From: Chara braunii
Lineage: Eukaryota; Plantae; Charophyceae
Length of the DNA: 63,998 bases
Direction: 5' to 3'
Assembly: GCA_003427395.1 (NCBI GenBank)
Contig: BFEA01000005.1
Coordinates: forward strand, 726,334 to 790,331
Made by a program: the position numbers and the translations under genes. The notes under the pieces were generated by a model. It was not told the origin of the DNA, did no database searches, and saw nothing but the letters and a program-made list of their open reading frames with translations. Numbering within the stretch: the first letter of the stretch is position 1; every line of letters begins with the position of its first letter. This document shows, in pieces, positions 23,478-35,700 of this stretch.

Positions 23478-23778
23478 GCTTCTTCTCCCTCTTCTTCTTC
23501 TTCTTCTTCCTCCTCTTCTTCTTCTTCTTCTTTTTCTTCTTTTTCTTTTTCTTCTTTTTCTTCTTCTTCTTCTTCTTCTTCTTCTTCTTCCTTCCATCTT
23601 CTTCTTCTTCTCCCTCTTCTTCCTCTTTTTCATTCTTCTTTTTTTCTTCTCCTTCTTCATCTTCTTCTTCTTCTTCTTCTTCTTCTCCCCCTTCCTCCCT
23701 TATCCTCCTTCATCTTCTTCTTCTTCCCTTTCTCCTTCTTTTTCTTCTTCTTCTTCTTCTTCTTCTTCATCTTCTTCT

Positions 23779-23814
<36 letters not shown>
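23478..23814. repeat. (CTT)n microsatellite
   Basis: Direct reading. Confidence 0.95.
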
Positions 23815-23815
<1 letters not shown>

Positions 23816-23819
23816 AGTT

Positions 23820-24494
23820 GGTCTACTCTAAGCCTTGCTTTTCACTCACACACTAAACCAACTCTTGCTTTTCACTCACACACTAGTAGGTTGTGCTCCA
23901 ATTCTTCTTTGGATGATCTCATGCTCAAAACTTGTGATTTGGTCTACTCCAACTCTTGCTTTTCACTCACATACTAGTACGTGTGTTCCGATTCTTCTAT
24001 GGATGATCTCATGCTCAGAACTTGTGATTTGGTCTACTCCAACTCTTGCTTTTCACTCACACACTAGTAGGTAGTGCTCCGATTCTTCTATGGATGATCT
24101 CATGCTCAAAACTTGTGATTTGGTTTACTCCCACTCTTGCTTTTCACTCACACACTAGTAGGTAGTGCTCCGGTTCTTCTATGGATGATCTCATGCTCCA
24201 AACTTGTGATTTTGTCTATTACAACTCTTGCTTTTCACTCACACACTAGTAGCTAGTGCTTCGATTCGTTTATGGATTATCTCATGCTCAAAACTTGTGA
24301 TTTGGTCTACTCCAACTCTAGCTTTTTCACTCACGCACAAGTAGGTGGTGCTCCGATTCTTCTATAGATGATCTCATGCTCAAAACTTGTGATTTGGTCT
24401 ACTTCAACTCTTGCTTTTCACTCACACACTAGTAGGTAGTGCTCCGATTCTTCTATGGATGATCTCATGCTCAAAACTTGTGATTTGGTCTACT
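23820..24494. repeat. 90-bp tandem repeat (~7 units, runs into a gap)
   Basis: GGTCTACTCC at 23941 and 24031, and so on. Unit CCAACTCTTGCTTTTCACTCACACACTAGTAGG...CTTGTGATTTGGTCTACT. Confidence 0.95.
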
Positions 24495-25954
24495 NNNNNN
24501 NNNNNNNNNNNNNNNNNNNNNNNNNNNNNNNNNNNNNNNNNNNNNNNNNNNNNNNNNNNNNNNNNNNNNNNNNNNNNNNNNNNNNNNNNNNNNNNNNNNN
24601 NNNNNNNNNNNNNNNNNNNNNTCTAGCACGCCAAGTGTCAAGTGGTCGTTAAGGCCCCTTTCTAGGCCCTTCCACTTAGTTTTGGCCCTTCCTATGCCCA
24701 AGGTGCAGTCCGTTATATCTCGGACTGCAATAATGGCCTTCTCATGCCCATGGGAGCTTCCTTTTACTCATATCTTTCTCCCACAATGGCCCCTCCTACT
24801 CCGATTTTCACCCGGAGACCCATTTTTTTACATGGGGTCTCTTTTGACTCCATTTTCTCGAGGGAGGCTGTTCCGAGATTTTTCGGATTGTTCCCATACC
24901 TCCCACCTCAAGTTTCTTTACTTTTTCTCTTTCTTTTCGACCTTTCCGTTTGCTACCGCTAGTGTTTGCACTAGTGGTGCTAATATTCCTTGTCGTCAAG
25001 ATCTCGATCTTGACGGTGCACCTTGCCTTTATCATTTTCCCTCATGCGGTGCCGCCGTTTCTTCTTAGGTCCCGGCGACGGTCCCTGGCACTTAGTCCCA
25101 TCGGCGGTCCTTGGCACTTAGTCCCACCGACGGTCCCCGACGCTTAGTCCCGCGGGTGGTCCCCGACACAATTCGCCCCGGATGCCATTATTTTTCCTTA
25201 GTCTCACGTGGCCTCGGGTGCCTTTCCCCGAGGTGTCCCACGTCCTTTGGGCGTTTTGCCACCCCACGGTGACCCTTCTCCCTTGTCTTTCTTGCGCCTT
25301 GCGCGTGCCTGTTTCTTTGGTCGCGGGGGCTCCAACCCGAGGCTCCCGTAGGTGGCCCCGACGTTGGCCCTTCAATCTCTAGCTTCCCATGGTCCCGGGG
25401 TCATCCATCTCTCGACTTCCGCATTCTTTTGTTGATGTCGTGCTGTGTTTGCTGGTTCAAGGGCCCTTTGGCCCTGGTCTTGTTGCATTCCAACGGCCCT
25501 CCCAGCCTCCTACTATGTTTTATGTGCCCTTGTTCTTGCGCTCACTCGCTCGCCGGTGCTGGTTCTCTCCCTCTGCGGTTTTCTCCTCAGGGCATTACTC
25601 CCTCCTGCGACCTAATCCTTTGTCTTTTCTCTCTCTTTCCTCCTTACTCCGGATTTCTCTGTCGTGCACAATTCGTCTATATTCAGTCTCTTGAGTAATG
25701 GGAAGTTATTCGGGACCCACCAGTCCCGACACATTCCCCCCACTTATTCGCGATGTCCTCATCGCGCATCAATCTCTTGTCAGTGGGTTTTGGAGGGATA
25801 GACGGGAGAGGAGGATAAGATGTTATGGGTAGTTAGTTTGCCAGGGTCCATTTTGTCTTTTCTTGCTCCTTTCTCGGTTTTCTTCTAGTTTCCGACCTTG
25901 GGGCGGGGAGGGGTGTGTAGGGTCAAGCTTTCTTTGTCCTTTAGGCTTTTCACA

Positions 25955-26135
25955 TCTCATTCATCACCCGTAGTACATCAAACTCCTTTGGTCTCGTTCA
26001 TCACCCTCAGAGCATAAAAAACCCCTTTCGTCTCATTCATCATCCGTAGTACATTAAGCCCCTTTTATCTCATTCATCACCCGTAGTACATAAAACCCCC
26101 TTCGTCTCATTCATCACCCATAGTACATCAACCCC
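25955..26135. repeat. ~38-bp tandem repeat x5
   Basis: TCTCATTCATCACCCGTAGTACAT.. units. Confidence 0.9.
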
Positions 26136-26488
26136 CTTTCCAGCTTTCCTCATTTCGCTGCCCTGCTTCTCCCCCGAGCCTTGTCATCCCAAGCGCCCTT
26201 TGGTTGATCCTCCTTCCATCCCTTGCCAACCAGGCCTCTTTTCCGGCTTCCGTCACCCTTAATGCCTTTTCTACTCGGCTCTTCGGCCCGTGCAATCCAT
26301 GCCTCTTGTCACCCTTTCCTCAATCTCACGCTTAACCAAATTCACATGTATTTTTCCATGTCATTTTGCCCAGTTTTCTCTAGCCCTGCCAATTCTGCAT
26401 GCACGTCACCCTCATTCGACCTTTCTTGTACCCAAGCTTAAAAATGCACGTTACTTGATAAATTTCATTCGCATCTTTCTTCTGGCAT

Positions 26489-27090
26489 CTTGCCAGATCC
26501 TTTTCATAGTCATGCAAAGTCCATTACACATATATCTCTTTTCTGGGTGTCTTGCCAGACCTTTCCTTAGGCCTACGCAAAAACCAATTACACATGTCTT
26601 TCTCTTCTGACCGTCTTGCTAGGCCTTTTCTCAAACCCACGCAAAGTCAATTACTCACTCATTTCTCTTCTGGACATCTTGCCAGGCCTTTTCTCAAGCC
26701 CATGCAAAGTCAATTACTCATCCATTTCTCTTCTGGACATCTTTCCAGACCTTTTCTCAAGCCTGCGCAAAGTCAATTACTCACCCGTTTCTCTTTTGGA
26801 CATCTTGTCAGGCCTTTTCTCAAGCCTGCGCAAAGTCAATTACTCATTCGTTTCTCTTCTGGACACCTTGCTAGACCTTTTTTCAAGCCTGCGCAAAGTC
26901 AATTACTNNNNNNNNNNNNNNNNNNNNNNNNNTTTTCAAGCCTGCGCAAAGTCAATTACTCATCCGTTTCTCTTCTGGACATCTTGCCTGACCTTTTCTC
27001 AAGCCTGCGCAAAGTCAATTACTCATTTTTTTACTCTTCTGGATATCTTGCCAGCCTTTTCTCAAGCCTATGCAAAGTCAATTACACAAT
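26489..27090. repeat. 63-bp tandem repeat (~9-10 units)
   Basis: CTTGCCAGACCTTTTCTCAAGCCTGCGCAAAGTCAATTACTCATCCGTTTCTCTTCTGGACAT units. Confidence 0.92.
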
Positions 27091-29889
27091 TTCTTGAGCT
27101 CACGGTAAACTTTTCTTTTGCACATTTTTTCATCGGTAGATGGCACACCTTCCCCCCACTCAAAATGCGATGTCCCCATCGCACGACCAGTTCTCACTCG
27201 GAGGTACGGACGCTGGTGTGGATCGCAGGGCAAAAAGGAAGAACAAGGACTCGAACAAGAAGGGAAATAGTAGGAGGGTGGGCAGTTGCTGAAGAACGGA
27301 CTGTAATCCTCTCTGTGTGGACTATGCAGGAAATCACCGAAAACGGCGATGGCAGCAAGACGTGTTCGAACGGTAGGCCAGCCCCGGTACCCCGGACCGC
27401 CCTGGAATAACGGCAGGGGGTGGGAAGTGTCCCTTCCGTCAAACGCCAGCTTTCAGGGATTCGAAGTGGAATGGCAGGCCGTGACCTTGGGGAGAGATAG
27501 CGCCTTCATGATAGTGGAATGTCGGTGGACGGGGATGAGATTCAACCGAGGACCTGGGGATGATTTGTTTTCCAATTTAGAAGTAATCGGGGTCTTGTAC
27601 CTACCCGAGACCGACTGGCACTCACTGGGGATAGGAATAGCACAAGGCCACGAGCTGGCCCCAGTCTTTCGAAGGGCCCCCCGGACGTTGACTCGAATAG
27701 GCCAATCGATCAGGGGTAGGAGGAACGTGGATTTACTCACCAAGGTGGAAATGGGGGGCTGGAGGGAGTTCAGGGCAACAACAACCCCGCTGAGATGTCG
27801 GGTCCCCCGATTCATGATAGACCTCATCTTCGGGAGCCTCGCAAGGGCGCAGGATCTGGCAGACTCGATAATAATGTGGGTAGACCAGTTCCCCCATTAA
27901 ACCATCGGGATGTTCTATGACGTTACTGTGGAGCATGGGCCATTTTGGGGAAACCGGGCCCAAGAATTGCTAAAGGTTATTAATATCCTAATGTTTGGGT
28001 TGCCACGGCTAGCCTGGGCGGAGTACGAGCACATAATTCGGAGGAAAATCGAGATAGGAAAAAGTTATCTGGCAGGGGTGGCTCAACTGTTTGAGGAGCC
28101 TACCAAACCAGAAAGGCCACGAAGGAGAGAGCGGGACTAGCGCCCGGAGGCAAGCCGGTATGGTAAATAAAATGTATTCCATTACATATAGGGGCTCACC
28201 GATGGCGATAAGGAGGGACCGTCGGACCCGGACGATCAAGAACTCGCTACGGGATAAGGGGGAATGGTAGACTCATAATGATCATGACCCTAGAAGTTGA
28301 AAAGGGGATACTGCTTAGAGACTTTTCCTAGCGGGATGCCCAACCAGAACTCCTACGCGCCCGACACGACAAAACTTGGGCACTCTAAACAAGCCTATCA
28401 AAAGGGGAACTAAGTTACGTTCCTCGGCTCAATAGGGCAGCGGGGCCGGCTGCGGCTCTTTCTTAGGGAAGCAATCGAGGCCGAAAATGGGAAGGGGGTT
28501 ACTATCCGAATAAGATAAACCAACGAGGCCAGAGCCTATGGAACCTGAACGCCTCGAGCTGCCTGTGTCTTGGGGAATCCTCTGGTTTATCCAGGTCTAG
28601 GCAAAATGGTGACGGAAGACGAAACAGATAATCATAGGAGTGAGGGAGGATCAGGCTTAAGAAAGTGAGGGTCACGGATTCGAATTGCAAACTAGCGGAA
28701 ATAGAAAAGAGGACTGTAGAGTATAAGGCAAGACTGATTGAGGAGATGATGACTGGGAACGAGGAAGGTCCCTCGCCGGAAGAACTGCGGGACGAACAGA
28801 AGGCCGACCGAGGCGGAAGTAGACAAGGGGGTAAGGATAGTGACCGCGGAGGGACACCAAGCAAGAGGAGGAAGGAGAGAGAAAACTCCCCGGGGATGGA
28901 GGTGGAGAAAGCTACGAATCCACCAGCCATAGATAGTGGGGCTAGCTGCCTGCCGGCCACGCCAGCAGTGATGCGAGGAAATAAAATGGCTAACGTTCAA
29001 GTGCATCCGGGTTCAATATTGGCTCCGGATGCACCTAAAATACGTGTTTCTCTTCCCCTATGCAATCTGTTGTATCTCGGTTGCATGGGGCCTTGATTTT
29101 TCTTGATTTTCTCTGCAAAATCAAGAAAAAATCAAGGTCCTTTGCAACCGCCATATTCCAGAATGTATCTGGTCACGGATGTATCTCCCCAGGTGGTCGT
29201 TTTTTACCGTTAAGGTGTTTTTTTTTTGTTTTTTTTTCCCCCTTTCTATTTTTTTCTTTTCCCTCACTTTTTGGACAGTAGGGACCTACCAAGCCCTACT
29301 TGTGGCATTCCCTACTGATGGCCAACTCACTCACTCCCTCTCACTCCTTTTGTCTTATTCTCCCACCTTTTTCTTTTTTTTTTCTTTCTTTTTCTAGCAT
29401 GTCAAGTGTCAAGTGGTCATTAAGGTCTTTTCTAGGCCCTTCCTTTCAGTTTTGGCCTTTCCTATGCCCATTGTGCAGTCCGTCACATCTCAGACTGCAA
29501 TTGTGGCTCCCTCATGCCCATGAGAACCTCCTTTTACCTCTATTTCTTCCTCAAAGCGGCCCCTCATACTTCGATTTTTTCCAGGAGGCTTATTTTTCAC
29601 ATGGAGTCTCTTTTGACTTTATTTTCTTGAGGGAGGCTGAACCGAGATTTTTCGGATTGCTCCCATGCTTCCTCCTCCTTGTTTCTTTACTTTTTTTTTC
29701 CTTTTGGTCTTCTCGTTTGCTTCGACTAGTGCTTGCACTATTGGTGCTGATATTATTGGTCGTCAAGATCTTGATACTGACGGTACATCTTGTCTTAATT
29801 ATTTCCCCTCATGTAGCTCTTCAATCCTTCTTGAGACCTTCTCGTGTCCCCGCCAATTGTCCCGTGCTAGTCCTTGGTACTTGTCCCGT

Positions 29890-30142
29890 CTGGTGGTCCC
29901 CGACACTTTGTCCCATCGGTGGTCCCCTTCTCTTTGTCTCGTCGGTAGTCCCTGACACTGTGTCCCGTCGGTGGTCCCTGACACTTTGTCCCATCGGTGG
30001 CCCCCGACACTTTCCCGTCGGTGATCCTCGACACTTTGTCCCGTCGGTGGCCCCCGACACTTTCTCCCGTCGGTGGTCCCCGACACTTTGTCCCATCGGT
30101 GGCCCCCGACACTTTGTCCCATCGGTGGCCCCTGACACTTTG
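29890..30142. repeat. 26-bp tandem repeat inside an LTR (~9 units; fewer units in the sister LTR at 25070-25170)
   Basis: CCCGACACTTTGTCCCATCGGTGGTC units. Confidence 0.9.
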
Positions 30143-30698
30143 TACCTCCTTTCTCTAGTGCTCTCCGGTCGTCAAGGCCCCCTTCTCGTATGACCTTGGC
30201 ACCCCGTTGTGACCCTTACTTTCTAGCCTCCCGCGGTCATTAGGGTCATCCATCTTTCGGCTTCAATATTTTCTTGCCATATGCCGCACCCTGCTTGCTC
30301 AGTTCATGGCCCCTCGGGTCCTTGCCATGCCGAATTCGAATGACCCTCTTGGCCCCATGCTATACCCCTATGTGCCCCTGTCCTGTCACTTGCTTGCCAC
30401 TGTCGAGTCTTCACCCTGCGGTACTTAGCCCAGGGCATCATTCTTTCTTGCAGTCCCGTCCTAGTCCTTTCTCCGAACTTCTCTGTCGTGCACAACTTGG
30501 CTATATACAGACTCTCAAGTGTTGGGATGTTGTTCGGGATCCACAGGTCTTGACACCGGGTCCAGCGTCCCAAGCCCACTTAACTTAGATAGAATATAAA
30601 CTCCTCAAAAATATCTTGAAGCGCAGTAAAACCTGGTTGGACTGAAATAATCAGCAACTCTCTTATCCTTCACCCTATAAATAGTCTATGTTTAGACT

Positions 30699-30937
30699 CT
30701 ATGTTACCAGTTGTCCGATGGCAGGACGTCTTGGGCGGACAGTCAGGGGGGTCCCGGACGTCCGGGCCCGAACAACTCCATTTTTGGCAATTAAAAGCAA
30801 AAAAAAAAAAAAAGTTAGGGCTAACTTTAATTTTATTTTTTATTTTAAATTTGACACCGAATTTCGATATCATTCCAAGGCAAAAGTTGTTCAGTTTAAT
30901 TTTCTTCATAACATAGTTTTGTTTCAGAATTTTTTAA

Positions 30938-30969
<32 letters not shown>

Positions 30970-31075
30970 ACGCTCGGGCTCGGACAGACCGCCCGGGGAG
31001 GATGTCCGACCGGTTGTCCGACCGGACAACCCCGGACGGTAAGGGGGGCCCCAGACGTCCGATCAGGTAACCTAG
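30699..31075. mobile_element. MITE-like element
   Basis: Imperfect TIRs CTATGTTACC/GGTAACCTAG, GC-rich subterminal CGGAC motifs, and an AT-rich core shared with the MITE at 41292. TSD not clear. Confidence 0.6.
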
Positions 31076-31250
31076 GTAACTTCGACTTAAATTTCAAACA
31101 AGATCCTGAAAACCTTCAGTTGGGCAAAACCTGCCCTTCTGTGTCAAACATGACTCTGCCTGATAAACAAGCGGCCGCTAATCCAAAGAAACCCCTGGTT
31201 TCTAATGATCCATCTTGTTGTACTTGAGGTACTTGTCTAAATTAACTTGC

Positions 31251-32790
31251 TTAGTCATGCGAATCAAACAGCCAGGAACAAAGCGAAAATTGTCCTTCAG
31301 TATTCACTGACGCTAGTCTGTTCTTGCACGCCCAGGTTCCTTGGAACCATATAATATTTTTCCTGTGCCAATCTACTTGAATTATTCTCCTTATTTCTTG
31401 TTTGATCAACTTCTGTTGTTGGACTTGGGGCAAGTCTTCGCTTTTGAAGACCCTTGCATTCCTGGTTGTCCATATAACTTCCGTTATCATGCCCCTGCAG
31501 CAAAGGTAAGTTAGCAGGTAAAAGTCCAGTGAGCATCCATTGGTCCGTCCACTCAACGGTGTGTGCGACTATTAAGTCCCAATGTCTCGTCCACCACATC
31601 AGTAATTCATCCACCAATGGACAACAGAGCTAGAGGTGGGTCGCATTTTTTCAACCCCAGTTGCATCGCAGGCATTGTGTGGAGACTTCCATTCCCCTAT
31701 TTGATAGCCACATAGTTGTTGTTGTAACCATTAAGGACTGCAACCACATTATGTTGGCCTGCTTCTGGACAGGGAATTTCATTAGCGTCTGCCACAGCTT
31801 ACGTAGGCCTTGCTCTGTGTATCCTATTACTTGTTGAGCCTCCGCCTGTCCTAACGCCATCTACAATGGCCTTTTTTCCACTCTCTCCTGTTGCAGTTGT
31901 ACTCCTATTTTAGGGCGGTATTGATAGAGGGACACATATTTGCCCTGATCTATCGAACATTCCCACCCCATCAATAGGGGTTCAACTCTGAACGAAGTCG
32001 CCTCCCCTAGAAGTATTGATAATCGTTTACCTTGTCTGGCTGTACGGGTGTGGGCTCGGACTTCCTGCATATCCCTCGTGAGGTCAACTTTGTCGTTGGC
32101 ATCCTCCAGCGTCAGCTGGCCAGAGTGTCGTCCATGAGTTGAAAGTTTCCATCTCTCGACTCTGAGACCCGAGACCAAGTCTGGGCCCAAGACCTGCAGC
32201 ACTGAGTTGGGGTGATCCTTGTTCCTAAGCCAAGTTCCTGCTGGATGTTCCGCATCTGGTTGCAATGTTCTAATCCATGAGGCCGGGTTTGCCCTTTGAA
32301 GCACTGCGTAGTTGACAGCTACATTACGAAGTCTCGGGAGCACCCTCCTGATTTGCGTGTTGTCCAAAAATCTAGAGTGTGCCTCATCCCAGATAACCCT
32401 GAGCTGCAACACTCCTCTCTTTATCCAGCTCGAGCCAAAATTACCCGTTCCTTCCGTCGCCTCAAAATATCTCCCATCCTGATGGAGGATGAGCGGGTTT
32501 TCAAAAAACACTTGATTCAAGATTTCTTCCTTTGTCACAGGTGGGGAGCTCTTGGTGGGTCTGAGTTTACTCCATGCACCAATAATATTCTTCCAGGTCC
32601 TTGATTGGGGTCGGCGGTTGCTGAAGCTCGGTAACAGAAAGCACAGCCACACTTTAGAGTGGTCATGTAGGTCCCATCCTATCCCCAGAATATACTCCGC
32701 CAACATCCTCCTGATCTTGTTCCCAGACTCAGTCATTGCTTTGATAGGCCAAAAGGCGCCCGTTCTCACGAGCAGCCTCACAGGTAAGTT
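31251..32790 (-). pseudogene. 3' fragment of a second L1/Tx1-type LINE ORF2
   Basis: Colinear similarity to the large LINE ORF2 C-terminus (e.g. FFENPLI, WIKRGVLQLRVIWD, CLRC, IWTTRNARVF). Contains stops and frameshifts. Confidence 0.85.
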
Positions 32791-35700
32791 GACATTTCTT
32801 ATTTTCTTGTTGTTTTTCTGTTTTTCTTTAGTTTTTTTCGTTGTATTTGCCTTTTTTTTTTCTTTTTTCTTTTTGGCCTTCCACTGGCTGTGGCAGCCGA
32901 ACACTCATAGTGACTTTGTTTTTTTATCCTTCCATGCCGGCTCTTCCACTGAAAGAGGAAGCCCGAACTTGGTGCTGTTGGCGGCCAGGTGCGGGCGTGA
33001 GTTGGGGCAGCAGGGAGAAGACCCTCTTGAGCCGACTCTAGTTTGCTCTGTGGGGGGTGGCCGTTCATTTCGAATGACGGGTTGCCCCCGGCACAGAGAA
33101 ACGAGGGGGTAGGAAGAAGTAGGAAGAAAGGAAAAGAAAGAGAAGGAGGAAAATAAATAAGAAATGGCCACGTATGTGGCCGAAGGCATGGGATATATGT
33201 AGGGGGTGGAAGGTTCTAGCAGGGGGAAAAGACTGCAACTGCTCATTTTGAACAAGTGGCAGCAAATGGCTGCGTACAACCATTTCCAAGAACACCTGGC
33301 CTGTGAAAACGACCAGGTACTCCTGGGGGTTGATGACCTTGGTGCCTCTAGAGGAAAACCAAGGCATCTAGCTCCTGGCCGTTGATTTAGATCGAGGGCA
33401 AGGAGCACCGACGAATTTTGCCTGGTTGTGGGCAATGCAGCTGCCCACCCTGTAGCCTCACACCTGTGGCAGTGTTGTTGGGCCATTCACTTGAGTGAAT
33501 GTTGGTTGGCTGCTGTTGTGGGGTGATGCTGCCGGAGAGAAGGAAGAGGTAGTGTTGTTGGAGAGGAGAGTGGAGGTATGCAGGAGCATTAGAGGAGGGA
33601 AGCCATAGCCGAGGCTGGAAGCTCACTGCCCCACCTCTGCATGGGTGCCACGACCAGTGGGCTGTGTCAGGGTCCGGACGGTGCAGTAAGCGACACCTTT
33701 TTCTAGTGAGGTTGTGCTGTCTGACTGTCGCCGCGGCATCAAGATCTTCTTAAGGGAAGGTGCTGCAGAATTTTTTGCACGACGTTGAAGGTTTTTTTAG
33801 TGTGAGTGTGGGGAGGTGTTGTCCGTTTGGCGACACAACGATGGCGGTATTTTCAGTGGGGTTATGCTGCCGAAATTTTGACCCGGCGGCAACCTTTTTT
33901 TTAGGGAAGGTGATGCGGCCGTGAGGCTGCGACAGCGGCACTTCGGTGAGGAAGTGCTGCTAATTTTTGGCACGGCGGTGTGGTACCGGTTTCGACGGCG
34001 CGACGAGCGGCAGTCCCGACTTTAAATTTTGATGTGTGCGATGATGGTGGATTATTTCTTTCATGATCCGGTGGTAGTATGGACACTGGTGCATATTTGG
34101 GATTGTCCAACGGTGGTCTGTGAGCATGCGGCGGTGCTATTGGACGACCGTGGTACCGACTTTAACGACAACGACGAGCGGTAATTCCGCTGTTATTTTT
34201 TTGTGGTGCGCAGCGATTGTGGCGAATTTCAGCATGATGTAGAGGTTAGGCTAGCGATGGTATGTGGTTGGGATTGTGTGAAGTTGGTGCATGATTGGGT
34301 CTGTGGGGCTGTGGTGCATGGGTCAGCGGCATGAAGAGAGTGTGGAGTGTGTGCACACGGCAGTGGCTATTGTAGTTGCGGCACTTGCTGTTGGCGCCAG
34401 AAAGACATCTTTCGGCAGATGCGGTTTTCAACCAGGGCCACCTTTTTTTTTTTTTTGCAACACGCAGAGCGAGCGGTTTTTAGTTTTGAACCATCTCGTG
34501 TTGCACGCTATGGTGTGGGACCGCCTGGGGCCATCTGGGGCTAGGTGGGACATGAGTGAGCGGCGCAGTGACCATTGGGAGCACGTGGCACTTGCGGGTT
34601 TGACGCCAGGAAGTGTTATTATTTTTTTGGAGAGCGTGGGGAGAACGGTTTTGGCAGTTGGGACCATCCAATGCTACAGGTGGTAGTGCGGAATCACTTA
34701 GGACTGCCTGGGATCAATTGGGACCGATGCGGGACGCGGTGGATTTTTTTTTGGGATGAGTGCGGTTCGCCATCTTCACACTTGGGACTGCCGCGAGTGA
34801 GATTTGCGAGTCAATAGTAAATTGGGACTAGCGGTTGGCACAAGACTTACCTCGGGACTATGGTTTCTTCGGCTACGCATATATGTTACTTGACTTTCTT
34901 GAGTAAGCCACGGCGCGTTCGACACCACTTCACTCAAGATCAGTTGGTTGACTCAGATTCTTTCTCACACCAGTGTGAACCCACACTTTGCTTGGTCGTG
35001 TTTGTTTTGAACGTTCAGAAGAAAAGGTTGAGTAAAGTGTGTGTGGTCATGCATGTGGAAAGTGAGATCTAACGGGAGTATGGGTTGCTGGATTTTCTGG
35101 ACCTGTGGTTGTTTGCGTGCTGTGCAGGTAGGTAGAAGGATGTTGCAAATGATAGGTTTTATGGTGTTTACTAGAGAAGATGAAAAAAATTGTCTTCTTT
35201 TTACTTGTCACCTACCTGCATGTCAAGAAAGTTGCGTTTGTTTTGAAAAATGCTAATTCAGTTTGCACCGTAAAATTAATTTGATTGAAAGGAAGAAGAT
35301 AAGGTTAAACAAACTTGTTTTTTTTCTCCCGAGGATTCACCCTTTCTATCTCGAATGACCTTATTTACGTATACATATCCGAATGATTCTCATTCTCTAT
35401 CACCTTTGATTCCTTTTCGTCTAAATTACCTTAAGCGTGAGAAGAAATGAGAATAACTGAAGGGAAAAAAAAAAAATTGCAGTGAACACGTTCTCTCTTT
35501 CATGGAAGCATCTGGGGCAGGGGTTCGTTGCTTTAAGAGTCGACCCTGTTATCGACCCAAAGTGGACCGTTCTACGGGGGGGTACTTCTCCGATTCGGTG
35601 GAGACGGCCCGACTTCTGAGATCTGAGCTTTGTGTTTGGGCGAGGAGTACCCCAGTCCATTTCCTAGAGAGTGAGGCATGCAACACTTAAAGCAATGCCC

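Larger units (their letters stand above)
24622..30555 (-). mobile_element. Non-autonomous or deleted LTR retrotransposon (two related LTR segments, no gag/pol)
   Basis: Diverged direct repeats 24622-25731 and 29393-30555, both ending GACA (TGTC start on minus). A polypurine tract GGGGGGAATG abuts the 25731 end on the minus strand. Confidence 0.7.
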
